Source of the DNA: Lytechinus pictus
Lineage: Eukaryota
Assembly (NCBI RefSeq): GCF_037042905.1
Contig: NC_087253.1
Location: 9,424,001-9,488,000 of the forward strand
Reading direction: 5' to 3'
DNA: 64,000 nucleotides
This document shows, piece by piece, positions 27,394 to 40,603 of the stretch. The position numbers and the translations under genes are program-made. Position 1 is the first letter of the stretch, and every line of letters begins with the position of its first letter. The notes below the pieces were generated by a model, which was not told where the DNA came from, searched no databases, and was given only the letters and a program-made list of their open reading frames with translations.

Positions 27394-30300
27394 ATGGTAT
27401 TTAACCAAAACACGCCAGAAAGTCGTGTTATAGATAGCGCGATGTATATAGAAGGACAGAACATGAAAAAGATCTAATATCTCTTCACCCTCTAATAACA
27501 CCGAAGCCTTGAATTCCAAATTCAAATGAGGCTGACAGATAACGTAGGCGGTTCTTCAATTTACAGTTTAATTCAATTTCGGACTACTTTAATGCAGACA
27601 TGTTTATGACATAACCCGATTTCAATGTCCATGATTGATAGTAAGAAGTAGAAGGACGATCATATTAATTTTATTCCGGCAATTAATATCACTGGATTCA
27701 TTGTTTTGGTTTGGTATATTTCATTCCGTTTGTAATAAATGGCTGAATTGGAAGTTGTATCGATACACTACCATGTTAGAATGATTATTGATTATCCCCC
27801 TAAATATTCGATACGAATGCAGGTTTATGGTTTTACATTTGACATGTTTTAAGTGTTCTTATGCAGAACTAAGAGTTGATCGAAGCCGCTCATTTGTCAA
27901 CCATAATTATACAAAGCGCAATCCTACTGATTCTGATGACTGACTGACTCACCGGCGGAAGGAATAATTGAATAAATATATGAATGAATGAATCAATTAA
28001 TGGATAAAGGAATTAGTAAATACATCAAGGTAAACGAAATTGAGTGAACGAATTGATTACTTAATACTGGGTAAAGGGAGGAATGATTTACCGATTGAAA
28101 GAATTAATAAATAAATGGGAAAAAACAATCAATGATTTAACGACTGAATGTATGGACGCAATAATAAACACATTTATATAGAAAAAAATGATTAATGAGT
28201 ATATTTTACCCTGAATGAATAAAACTGCAATAAATAAATAAATGAATATGAAAAAAAATGAATAAATTAGAAAGTCATTACTAAATGAATGAATAAAATA
28301 TAAATAGTGCTATAATATGTGATAATCATAAAGGACAAAGGAAGAAATAATGTATTCGTCCGAGTCATTTGTTTTTAATTGCTTGTCATGCTTGACGACC
28401 CCCTTTAATCATCCACCAAGTGATGCTCTTGGATTGATGCAACGTGAATGTGTCATTATACTCCCAGCGAGGGAGGATGATTGCGACGATGATTAGCTCG
28501 ATGATGAGCCCAGCACTGATTGACATTTTACTGATAAACAATCCAGACGATCACAGAGAAGAACTCAACTAGTCTTGATCATAATTAATCACAAAATGCC
28601 ACCGTACCGTTTAGGCGACATATTTCTCCCAATTTTGACACTCGTATGGCGAAAATCAAAATAAGAGAACGTGAGGACAAGTTCCATTAACAAAATCTCT
28701 GACGGCGTCTCGGTCTAACGCGACAGTCAAGGCCCTGTGAATAGGGAGCGAAGGGGATGCTAAAACACCCCCAAAGATTTGTCTGGAGAGTGGCGTGCTA
28801 CCTATATGTTACACACCATCGGCCGCACCCCTGGTAATCAGGTTTTACAGAATATACTTCAAAGTAGAAAATTGACCGAAATCACTTTCATGTGGGATCC
28901 AGGATTTTTCTGAAGCAAATGACCTCCATTTCGGATGGATAATGATTTTTTTTTGTCATTTTTTAAACCAAAATCATTTATTTAGGAGCAAGAATTATCC
29001 TATTTCTTTGCTTGTTTTTTTTTTGTCTCAACAAAATCATCTTCATTTCGAGCGAGACCTTTTTCTTGCTTGTCAATTATTTTCTAAACCAACATTACCC
29101 TGTTACAAAATCTTTCCCAGGGCCCTGGTTACAGTCACACAAATTAAACCGGGTCTTCAGACCGATCATAAATATTACGTTATTTTGAATGGCATACCAA
29201 CTGGCGGTCTGTTTTTTTTTTGTGGTGGGAGTGCTACCGGCTTGTGGTGAATGGTCAATAATATGAATTATATTCGAGTATCATGTTATATTTAAGACAA
29301 TGAACAGTGTATTGCCAACTGATTTACTTTTTTGTTAATGTTGATTCTTAGTAAAAAAAAAATGAATAGCGCCCTCTTCCGTCGTCATATATTCTGTTTG
29401 TACAAGATAAATGCAATACTTCAAATGCAATTAATACGGTATTCATTAAAGTGGACTTTGATATAATACGATGCAATGGCAATTGGTTGCCTTACTTTTT
29501 CGTGTCATTGAGAATGGTAATAGGGCATTTTCGCAAATACTACGCAGACGTTTTCTATAACGCAAAAAATCTTTTGTCAAAAACCCTTCATAATAATGCA
29601 GTCTTTGTCGGAATGAGGTGAATCAAAGCAGCAGTGTCGTCCTCCACTCTGTACAAACGACAGATTTGCATTTCTTTCGTCCTGCCCGATTTTTAAACCG
29701 ATGTGCTGTCCCGATCAATCAACTGCCGACAATCAGTGGCGGACCGTGACCGGGAGGAGCCAAAGCATTCGGTGGGGGGGGGGGGGGGGGGACAGCATTG
29801 TTCACAAACAATACAGTGTCCCTCCAATGCTTTGTCTCCTCCTGGTCACGGTCCGCTACTGCCGACAATTACATCTAATCTCTCTATTGTGAGTTGACGG
29901 GCATTTTCAATAGGTTCTCCACGTTCCATAAAGCGTCTGCGTAGTGGCCGCAAAAATACCCTAATATCATTTACTTTGCCACAGTGCATTCTTTATACCA
30001 TGATGAAAGTATGCAATTCCTGGAATTCTAATAATTAGATATTAGGAGGTAACTTGAATGTTTACACTCCTTGGGCTACAAGCTCTCTTCAACGAAAAGC
30101 TGCTGCATTGACACAAGCATGCCAAATACGCATTCTAGGTTTGGCTTAGAAATACACCTGAAGCAAGTGTCCAATCTCTGAAAATAAGCCGATAGCTTTT
30201 TGTATGAAACTCCACGTCGGAAGGAATTTTCCTCTAGTGAGGAGATATTTTGCGGGAAAGGTCGAATAGTATATTATATAAACCCCCTTAGGGATTGTTA

Positions 30301-31328
30301 CTGCTCAGTCGTGATCGTGTGTGGACATGAAAGTGCAGTTACCCTCGCAACACATTGGTACCATTGTCTGTGTAATGAGTCAGGAATATTTTTAAAAAGT
30401 AAATGATTGGTAAAATGCAAACACATTTATTAATCAGGTATGCCCATCTACAATACCAGATCATGGTAAAATTTAAGTGGATTATGGCCGTGAATTTGAT
30501 GATATGTTTTGCTAATTTTTATCATTATTTTGGCAGGAGAGAGAGATTTCATTCACCTACAGACTTTGACTATTCTTTTTTTTTAGATTGTAATAAAGTA
30601 CTGTAATACTATAATATTTCCATGAATTTTAGGAATGAATTAATATACTTAGTAGGTCGACGTATCCAATAAAGAACCATTTGTGTAGGGTTAGAGCAAC
30701 GATAATTTGACGCAGTTGAAGAGCACCGAGACCTCCTGAAATGCAACACATATCTCCTGATCAGCCCCCATCCTTTTTTTTACCAGGCTAACACACACGT
30801 CCAGTGTCTAGTTTATTAAATGAAGTGACATTTAAATGTATGTTCTCTTCGTATGTTTACATCATGTTCACGCCGTTGTATGCATGCACTTGTAGCTAAG
30901 GGTCCGTTATTCGCTTAATAATATTTCCAAACGAACAGTACGCCCCATTTATATATTTAACGCCACAAGAACGATTCAATCAAATATCATATATTGCGTT
31001 ACGATCATGGAACACTTATCATGATAATTGCAAATTATAGCATTGTATATCAGTTGTACAAAGTTTTACGAATATCTTGGCATTTTGTGGTTTTGACTTT
31101 ATAGATGATTTTGTCTGACATGCTGAGTGCTTAACATGACTGCTTTTAATATATAAATAACCATAGATATTCGGATACTTAAAGTTATTTTAAAAATCTG
31201 ATCAGTTTCTTTTCGTTTTTCATGCCCTATCGTCACGGAGTGTAATAAGTCTTCATGATATTTTCTGGTAAAATAAACGAAGAATTATAAAATTTATTCA
31301 AAGCTAACCATTTCTCATTGGTATCAAT

Positions 31329-31361
<33 letters not shown>

Positions 31362-31503
31362 GCCACCACCACCATCTACTTAAAATCATATTACCAACGT
31401 GGGATGTAATATGATTTATATTTAAAAAATACATGACTAGATCTGTGGAAAGAATAGCCTAAGGATTTATAACATTCCAAAGAGAATATAAAATTTTCTA
31501 TAT

Positions 31504-31910
31504 GAAGAGCTTAGAGCTCACTTGCAAAAGGGGTTAGGTCAATTTTTCATCAAATTTGATTTTTTTTTTGTCTCAATGTATAGATTTTTAGTAGCTCTAT
31601 AAGATGATACTCAAAAAATTGAAATTCCCATTAAAAAAGTGATCTAAAAAGGCAAAGAAAAATTACTTTTTTCAAAAGGGGTTAGGTCCATTTCAGTTTG
31701 GTTCCAAAAGGGGTTAGGTCCACACATAATTTTTTTGGAAAAGAATATTTTAAAAGATATGAAGATAGATAGATTTCTTTTACACCCAATTGTATGTGTT
31801 CATGGTAGGGTATCATGAACATTTCGCATATTAAAGAATATTGCAATGTGGGAGAATAAAAAAATGATTTTCTTGGAATGGACCTAACCCCTTTTGCAAC
31901 TAAACTCTTC
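31504..31910. mobile_element. TIR element with internal AAAAGGGGTTAGGTC repeats (superfamily uncertain, possibly Sola)
   Basis: GAAGAG..CTCTTC ends flanked by ATAT; three direct copies and one inverted copy of the 14-15-mer. Confidence 0.6.
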
Positions 31911-32574
31911 ATATATAGAAAGTATGATAAGTGTATTACCCCCTATATTATTTTAAAGGTTAGTCATGGTACACGCAAGGCATTTAAGCAGAAATGAGTG
32001 TAATGCTTTCATAGGTTCAGACAAAAAAGTGCATGCGTGCAAATAGCAGAAACTTGCTGCAAATGTTATCTTCCTTTGCGCATGCATTTTCCCTATGGCA
32101 GATAGCAAGTGCTATCGCACAGAGTCACTGTGACGTCACAATACCAGAAGGGACTATTTCCCTAGGTATATTCAAGCGATTGGACGAGCTAATCTGTCAG
32201 GGGTCGGTGAATTGACTATGATAAGCTGATGATAGCTTGATGTATTTGATGTATGTGGCATGTCGTCCACGTGACATGAAAGTGCAGCCAACGGGCAAAG
32301 TTTAGGGAGAGAGAGAGAGAAAAGAAGAAGAAGAAGAAGAGAGAGAGAGAGAAAAGAAGAAGAAGAGAGGGAGAGAGAGAACGACAGGGAGAGAGAGAAG
32401 GGCGGAAGGGGAGGGGGTGGGTTTAAATATTACAACAGTGTTTGATACGTCACGTTGGCATTCATTTTCTTATAACTCAGCCTGGCAAGGAAACATAAAT
32501 TCATCTCACAATTTCGACATGTAACCTTGTAAAGAACGATTATAATATATATATCGATGCAATAAGGCTAATAA

Positions 32575-33160
32575 AGGGAAAGTTCACCTGACGTAGACTT
32601 TGTTGTATGAATAGCAGAAAAATAATAAAATATTGATGATGGTATTAAATAAATCCATTAAAGCTTAAGTTATTATAATTTCAAGTTGTTGATTTTTGAC
32701 GTCATGAACGAGCAGCTCACCCAAATGTAAAAATGCATGAATTTAATTTTTTTGATGGTCTGTGATGGCCCAATTTTATCTTTTTTTTTTGAGGAGAGGG
32801 TGTAAAATAACTTGGGTATTGATATACTGAATTAGGGTACCATAAAACCATTTTCATTTTTCTGAGAAGATGGCATTTCATTTTTTTTAACAATATGATA
32901 TGCAGGAAAGCTGCTCGCATATGACGTCACAAATGAAATGATCAAAATTCTGATAACTTTATTATTCTCTGAAGATTTTTCCTCAAAACTTTGCTATTTT
33001 TTTATATTATTATTTTTTGTTGTTATTATTCTTATTTTATTTTATTTATTTATTTTTTTATTTATTATTATTATTATTATTATAATTTTTTTTTTTTTTT
33101 TTTTTGGGGGGGGGGTTCTACTGCTCTTACAATAAACGTTTTGTCAGGGTGAACTTCTAA
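32575..33160. mobile_element. Degraded Kolobok-like MITE
   Basis: AGGGAAAGTTCACCTGAC...GTCAGGGTGAACTTC ends; body resembles 42731-43314 and 54595-55193. Confidence 0.6.
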
Positions 33161-34099
33161 TTGAATGGCAGGATAAAACATCTTGCCACCCCGTCAAAGT
33201 AGATGGCGCTTTAAAGTATCAATATAAAAAGACATCAGCTGCATGCCGCGTATTTCGAGATAAACAATGAAAACATTCGCCCAACGTGGATGATACATCA
33301 CTTGAATTAGCCATGTCACTATTGTTTATTTATTTCACCACCGAACGGTTTCCACATCTTGTCGTGTCATTCGTGTTGATATTCAAATTGTACAGTAGAT
33401 TAGACAGTAATGACGGATAATCTTCGTGTTGTCTGCATATTGGCATAAGAACTGTTACTCCCCACACCCCACCCTCCCCCATTTTGTGAAATGCCATTCA
33501 CATTTATAGATGTTAATCAATGACGAAATACATATTTTGCTGAATTGTTCGTCCAATCTTGAATAAACGATAATATATGATGAACGACCATTTGCACATG
33601 TTGCCCCAGTTTTACGGATAATTTATTTTCTTAATTTAAAAAAAGAAAAACAATTTGCCTATTTGACAGCTTAAAAAAGCTTTAACGAAAGTTAGTTATT
33701 TAAATTGTAATTCAATTGAACAAAGTGGACAAGGTAACAGTTTTTTGCTGTTTATTTTGTTTTGCTCCAGAGAGCATAGAGGCATAGATACATTATACAA
33801 ATAGCGAATAGGCATAAGTGCGATGGTGCGAGATTTCGCATTAAGGTGAAAGAAAGATGCTCTATTCAACGAGGCGTGAGCCGAGTTGAATAGAGCGTTC
33901 TTTCTTTCACCGAATGCGAAATCTCGCACCATTGCACGAATAAGAATATTCGCTATTTGTGTTGTACAACGCCTCGGAATTTAGCGAAAATATGAAAAAA
34001 CAAAGAGTTTATCCCTATAATAATCTATGAAAAGGGAGCAAAAATACCGAAAGCAGAAAGCGAAATCCCACATGACCTTGGGCAGCCTTGTGCATTTAA

Positions 34100-34670
34100 A
34101 GGGATCGTTTAACTTTGTGAGCAGCTGATTAAAAAAATTCTCAAACTGAGTTGAAATGTGCGTATGAGTGCCTGTATTTGTCCTCAAAAACCCTGAAACA
34201 GACCACAATATAGGATGAAAAACTCTAATTTAGATACAAGTAGCAATTTATTAGCCTGATTTTGAGAACCGTCTAGTAGCCGGGTTTAGCTTATGACCAG
34301 TTTTCTCCAATTCAAAAAGTCCGTTGGCTATTTTGACTGCCTTCTGTTGTGTGTATCTCCTATACACACACTATTAGCTGCACTGTACATTCAGTGTATA
34401 CCTTCTACACACTGTATGTAGGTCATGCTGTGTTCATCTATAATTAATGTGTTGTGGTGCACAGATTCCCTGTATACACATATTCATTGAAACCAACTCC
34501 CAATTATTCCAAACTTTGGTTTACATCTCCAAGGTTTTAAAATTGATCCTGTAAATATAATATTTTGAAACTTTTGGGATGGTATTTTTACACTATAAGC
34601 CTAATGATTAGCCCATTTTTAGGAACCAAAAGGAGAATTTTTTAAATCAGAACAAAGTGAAATGATCACT
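34100..34670. mobile_element. Kolobok-like MITE (TTAA TSD), nested
   Basis: TTAA at 34096-34099 and 34671-34674; TIRs match 15/18. Confidence 0.75.
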
Positions 34671-34811
34671 TTAACCAGCTGGCTTATACGCGTATTGTTC
34701 ATTTTTACCGAGCGCAATGAATTAAATCGTATTGTGACGTCACCTCCTAAAGCCGTGCAACGGTACATTTTGGACGGTACATTTTGGATGGTACGTCTGT
34801 TGTGCAACGGT

Positions 34812-36073
34812 TATGGTGCGCCATTTGTTTCATAAAGGCGATAAACTCAGTTTATCGCCGAAAAACCTAGTTTATCAATCGAAAAACCTAGTTTTTCAAT
34901 TGAAAAACTAAGTTTTTCGCCGATAAACTTAGTTTTTCGCCGATAAACTAAGTTTATCACTTGAAAAACTAAGATTATCAAGAAAAACTAAGTTTATCGC
35001 CGAAAAACTTAGTTTTTCGATTGAAAAACTAGGTTTTTCTTGATAAACTTAGTTTTTCAATTGAAAAACTAAGTTTATCGTCGAAAAACTAAGTTTTTCA
35101 ATGATAAACTAAGTTTTTCAATGAAAAACTAGGTTTTTCAATGAAAAACTAGGTTTTTCAAGTGAAAAACTTAGTTTTTCTCGATAAAGTTAGTTTTTCA
35201 AGCGATACACTCAGTTTTTCATTTGATAAATAGAGTTATATGATAAACTAAGTTTTTCAAGTGATAAACTAAGTTTTTCGAATTGAAAAACCTAGTTTAT
35301 CGAATTGAAAAACCTAGTTTATCGAAATTGAAAAACCTAGTTTATCACTTGAAAAACCTAGTTTATCGCCGATAAACTAAGTTTTTCAAATCTGATAAAC
35401 TAGGTTTTTCAATTTCGATAAACTAGGTTTTTCAATTCGAAAAACTTAGTTTATCGAAATCGATAAACTGAGTTTTTCGAATTGAAAAACTTAGTTTATC
35501 GAAATTGAAAAACCTAGTTTGTCGGCGAAAAACCTAGTTTATCGCCTTTATGGGACAAATGGCGTTCTTAGAAAAACTCAGTTTATCACTTGAAAAACCT
35601 AGTTTATCGCCTTTATGGGACAAATGGCGTTCTTAGAAAAACTCAGTTTATCAGATTCGAAAAACTTAGTTTATCAGAATTGAAAAACTAAGTTTATCAC
35701 TTGAAAAACCTAGTTTTTCGCCGATAAACTAAGTTTATCACTTGAAAAACTCAGTTTATCTTCATTGAAAAACTTAGTTTATCGGTGAAAAACTTAGTTT
35801 TTCGCCGATAAACTTAGTTTTTCAATTGATAAACTAGGTTTATCAAAAAAACCTAGTTTTTCAATTGAAAAACTAAGTTTTTCGGCGATAAACTTAGTTT
35901 TTCTTGATAAACTTAGTTTTTCAAGTGATAAACTTAGTTTATTGGCGAAAAACTAAGTTTATCGCCGAAAAACTTAGTTTTTCAATTGAAAAACTAGGTT
36001 TTTCGATTGATAAACTAGGTTTTTCGGCGATAAACTGAGTTTATCGCCTTTATGAAACAGATGGCGCGCCATA
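34812..36073. mobile_element. Foldback-type non-autonomous DNA transposon made of tandem palindromes (IS3EU-like termini)
   Basis: TATGGTGCGCCAT.../...ATGGCGCGCCATA termini, ~300-bp inverted arms, 6-bp TSD AACGGT (34806-34811, 36074-36079), ~55 units of GAWAAAC-NNN-GTTTWTC. Confidence 0.85.
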
Positions 36074-36434
36074 AACGGTACGAATGTTTGACATTCAGCC
36101 TCCCATTTGCTCGCGTACAGCTAAGTAGGCCTTGTACAATATGTAATATGTGCTATAACCATGCAAACTGACTAGCATAATGAGTATAATCATGAATATA
36201 CTCATCATTAGCATTTTCATTTCTTTTGAATATATATATATTTTTTTATACTTTCTCTTTTGTGTAATATCGATGTTTTACGTGTAAATTGAATTGTATT
36301 ACTTTGTATTTCTTAATTGTATGTACAATGTAATATGTGCTTATTATACATGGATGCTTTGAAGAACAGCTTTTGGCTGATGTACGTGTACCGTTATAAA
36401 TAAATATATCTATAAATATCTATATAGATAAATT

Positions 36435-36479
<45 letters not shown>

Positions 36480-36528
36480 GTGTGAAGTTATACATGTACT
36501 ACAGCTTTGGCAACTCTTTTATATTTAA

Positions 36529-36676
36529 ATATTGTGTGAAAGAAATGGATGAAGAGAACAATGGTAGGCGTAGCTTAAATCAAGGTTCCCCAGAGCTAAG
36601 GGTAGATAGCTCTGGGGAACCTTGATTTAAGCTACGCCTACCATTGTTCTCTTCATCCATTTCTTTCACACAATAT
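36529..36676. repeat. Perfect 70-bp inverted repeat with 8-nt loop
   Basis: 36529-36598 is the exact reverse complement of 36607-36676; loop AGGGTAGA; lies between (TA)n tracts. Confidence 0.95.
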
Positions 36677-36696
36677 ATATATATATATATATATAT

Positions 36697-37296
36697 ATGA
36701 AACAGGGAGTAAGGGGGGAAAAAATCGCGAAAGTTTTCTCCATTTTATTAAAGCCAAAACAAAAAAATATATAATTATGATTAATCATACACGATGAACA
36801 GGATTATAATTTAATAAATAAAACTGGAGTTTCGCCCTATTTTCAAGTGGTAGCTACAGACGACATTTCGTAGGCAAATAAACCATGTTCTACAGAAATC
36901 ATAGTTTGGGGATTTATTTATTTCTCATGGGATGTGCATCACGTTTAACCATGAAATTGTATTGATTGATCGAAATTCACGAAGACCAATATATATATAT
37001 ATATATGAAACAGGGAGTAAGGGGATAAAAAATCGCGAAAGTTTTCTCCATTTTATTAAAGCCAAAACTAAAAATATACAATTTATGATTAATCATACAT
37101 GATGAACAGGATTATAAGTTAATAAATAATGCTGGAGTTTCGCCCTGTTTTCAAGTGGTAGCTACATACGACATTTCGTAGGCAAATAAACCACGTTCTA
37201 CAGAAATCATAGTTTGGGGATTTATTTATTTCTCATGGGATGTGCATCACGTTTAACCATGGAATTGTATTGATTGATCGAAATTCACGAAGACCA
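36697..37296. repeat. ~308-bp tandem duplication, each unit preceded by (TA)n
   Basis: GAAACAGGGAGTAAGGGG...CACGAAGACCAA occurs twice with scattered substitutions. Confidence 0.9.
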
Positions 37297-38518
37297 AAAT
37301 ACGAGAGTTGGGGTGGGGGTATGCGAGGATGGGGCAAAGTGGGGCTGGGGGGGGGGGGGGTTGGGGTGAGATAAGTAACCCGGGGGGCCTCTGTTAGGAG
37401 ACACAAACAAAGTAGACGGGGGAGACAAATAAACAAATCGCGAAAGTTTAATGTTCTCTTTATTGATTAATAAAAAATATATATATGTCAATGATAAATT
37501 CTAAATTATTTGGAAATGGAGGTGATGTTTGCCCTGAGTGCTATTTTTCCTCTTTTTTTGCAGATACACCACTCGTCTAAATCATCAACAATCGTTTTGG
37601 GCGGCCGATAGGTCATAAAGCCTTAGCACTACATGACATAGTAACTCTGCAATGATTGTAACTATTATGGGAACCCTTAATGTGATTGGCTGCTAAACCT
37701 TGTTACCATGGAGTTATATTTACAAATTTACCACTGACAGTTGTAACTTCTGAAACGGACCCCTGGGCTACTTTGTATAAACATGGATTACTGTAGCTCT
37801 AAGAACTTTGCCAGATTAGATCAATAAGTATATATTTCACGAGATCGTCGATCCTAACCCTTTTCACATTCCTAAGCTAGTTGTGTATGTAGGGAATTAA
37901 TACATGTATATAATGCATGGCCATTCCACCCTATCTGTCTCCATTTCTCACCCCCCCCCCCTCCAGCCGCTCTCTCTCTCTCTCTCTCTCCCTCTAGCCC
38001 TCTCCTCTCTCTTTCCCTTTACCTCCCTCCATAAGACCAAGCCATCCCTTCTCCCACTATCTCTTTCTCTTATGTCATTCATAGATGGCAAATTATCCTA
38101 CGAAAATCGCTACCCGAGTGAGTCAAAAGAGTTATCAATTACACTTGTTTGAGCTGGATTTTTTTTGTAGAACATAAAGTAGCAACCATAAAACGTCTTT
38201 ATCACTGGAAGATGACATATGAAGAGCCAGATGTATTAAAATGGCTAGGTTTAATTAATTTAGCAGTACATATCACTGCAAAAACACCGGTGCTGATTTA
38301 ACACCAGCCCGGTATCTATATCGGTCCACATCAGAGAAGGGTTGAAACAACACCAGTTAATAATCAAACCGATATTGGTTTAACACTAATTGGTGTTGCT
38401 TTAATGCCAAATTGGTGTTAGCCTAACACAAATCCGGTGTTGTTTCAACACCTCTCTGGTGTGGACCGATATAGATACCAGGCTGGTGTTAAATTAACAC
38501 CTGCGTTTGCAGTGTATA

Positions 38519-38676
38519 CACTGTAAAAATTTAAGTGCTAATTTAGCACTGCACTACGAGTGCTGATTTTCTAGTTCAAATTTAAACTAGTTCAAATTTA
38601 AACTAGAAAATCAGCACTCGTAGTGCAGTCACTATGAAAGCACTGTAAGTCAATTAGCACTTCATTTTTTACAGTG
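38519..38676. mobile_element. CACTGTAAAAA-type palindromic MITE abutting a CACTG MITE
   Basis: CACTGTAAAAA..TTTTTACAGTG flanked by TA; internal palindrome; paralogous copy at ~45256-45418. Confidence 0.7.
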
Positions 38677-38876
38677 TAACTACGTACTATGCTCGAAACC
38701 GTGTCAAAGAAGTCGACCCCCAACCTCAAATTATGAAAACACAGGGGTTATTTCCACCTGGTCTACTTTTGAGACTAATACTGATTGAATAAAATGTACA
38801 GTTCATCTCGGTCCCCTCTTACAAAGAGGAAATTTCCACCACGTCCTTTGTCAAAAAAGAAGAAAAAAAACACCAC

Positions 38877-39049
38877 NNNNNNNNNNNNNNNNNNNNNNNN
38901 NNNNNNNNNNNNNNNNNNNNNNNNNNNNNNNNNNNNNNNNNNNNNNNNNNNNNNNNNNNNNNNNNNNNNNNNNNNNNNNNNNNNNNNNNNNNNNNNNNNN
39001 NNNNNNNNNNNNNNNNNNNNNNNNNNNNNNNNNNNNNNNNNNNNNNNNN
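38877..39049. other. Assembly gap
   Basis: Run of N; the equivalent stretch in copy B is ~870 bp of low-complexity sequence. Confidence 1.
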
Positions 39050-39207
39050 ATGTTGGCGTTGCTGGCTTTCCATAGTTGAGGTTAATGGGATCATTCGCAG
39101 CTCTCTGTGAGACAGGAATCTGGACTAACTCTCAATCAACACAATGTCCAGTAGATCTAGTTTCCTCTTCGCATTTTTTTTCTTTTATTTTTTCAAGTGA
39201 AAATTGT

Positions 39208-39739
39208 AAGGTCAATGAGGGGCCTAAGCTTTCGATCCTAGAAACAAGGAGACAAAAGGGGCATCAGTGAGTAGAGAAGACCAATCATGTTAGTGAAGGG
39301 GATGAAAGAAAAGGAGTAGGCAGACACAAAGGGAAGTTAGTGTAAGTAAGGCCAAGAGGGATTAAGATAATGAGGCAGGCAACATCAAACAGGATCTGGA
39401 ACAAAACAGTGATAGAGGGATGAATAACTAGAGAATTAGTGAGAGGTGGGTCAAACAGGTTACAAAGAAAGGCATAATAAACTGGTGCATAAGAGTGGGG
39501 GAAAAAAGGAAAAGAATGGGGAACAACTGATAATGTGCGAAAGACGTATAAGTATATATGATAAAGCATTAAACAAACTAAGAGAAGAAGGTAAGTGTAA
39601 ATATGTATCTATAAGTGATATGTTTATAAATATATCCAAAAAAGAAAAGTATATGAAAAAATATAAATACACATATGGTGTAACTGATATTGTAATCCGC
39701 TAGGTGTGACGGGAAAAAAACATAGGACTATACAGTAGG

Positions 39740-39786
<47 letters not shown>

Positions 39787-40266
39787 TATATGTGAGGAAG
39801 AGGAAGCAAATTGCCTAAAAAGGTAAAAGCAAATATAGATGAGAGGGGGTGTATTATATGAAGAAACCATAGTATACATGTAAATAAGCAAATGTGGTAA
39901 ATCTAAAAGAGGTGAGTGGAGAAAAAAAATATATATATAATAATTATTATATCGCCTGAATAAGGAAGGAAAAATTGGAGCCGAGCTTGTATGAGATATG
40001 GGAGGAAAGTAGAGGAAGAAACTATAATGTAACTATTCAAAAGAGCTGAGGGGAAAAATGATATGTATATATAAATTGAAAGTGGATAGGAAAGAATAAT
40101 CAGTCGTTTCCCTCTTGGATGTTCAAGCCATGAGGTTGGGTGGTGCGAAGTCGTCTCATCCAGAGCTTCTCTCTGCTAGTACGGACTGTGTCAGGACGGG
40201 TACCTAAAGATTCGATGCCCTGTAGCATCATGTCAGTGATGGAGTGGTTGGGGAGGTTAAAATGGC
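39208..40266 (-). mobile_element. 5'-truncated Penelope-like retroelement, specific to copy A
   Basis: 40266-40100 encodes HFNLPNHSITDMMLQGIE..REKLWMRRLRTTQPHGLNIQEGND* (GIY-YIG C-terminus); 11-bp TSD GTGAAAATTGT (39197-39207, 40267-40277); empty site at ~46689. Confidence 0.85.
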
Positions 40267-40603
40267 GTGAAAATTGTGTTAAGAAAAAAGTTCCTCAAAC
40301 TAAATGAACTTAAGTTGTTTCGAAATGGGGAGGCATATAATATAGCTTAACTTAGACCAAAAGGAGTATACTAGTCGGCAATTTACAAAAAAAAATACAA
40401 TCTTAACAATACTGTAAGAAATAGGACTTACAGAAGTGAATATTTACGACTAAGTATTGCTGAGCTATAATAGCTAGTTCGTTGTCAAAACGTCATACAC
40501 AGTCATATTCCAAGCAGCAACTGAGTTGAAATTATGAGTTGTAGTTATTATCTCCGCCTTTTGCATTTTATGCAGGATAGATTATGTTGGCCTAAGATCG
40601 GTC

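Larger units (their letters stand above)
33792..36140. mobile_element. Hairpin-ended non-autonomous element (Crypton-like), host of two nested insertions
   Basis: Long hairpin 33797-33960 centred on TCAACGAGGC-GTGA-GCCGAGTTGA; short motif TT(A/G)TACAA at 33793, 33962 and 36132; no clear TSD. Family call from recalled motif only. Confidence 0.45.

Noticed and set aside
34840-36047. CRISPR array
   Set aside because: Spacers are only 2-6 nt and recurrent, the array is inverted about its centre with TIRs and a TSD, no cas genes, eukaryotic context
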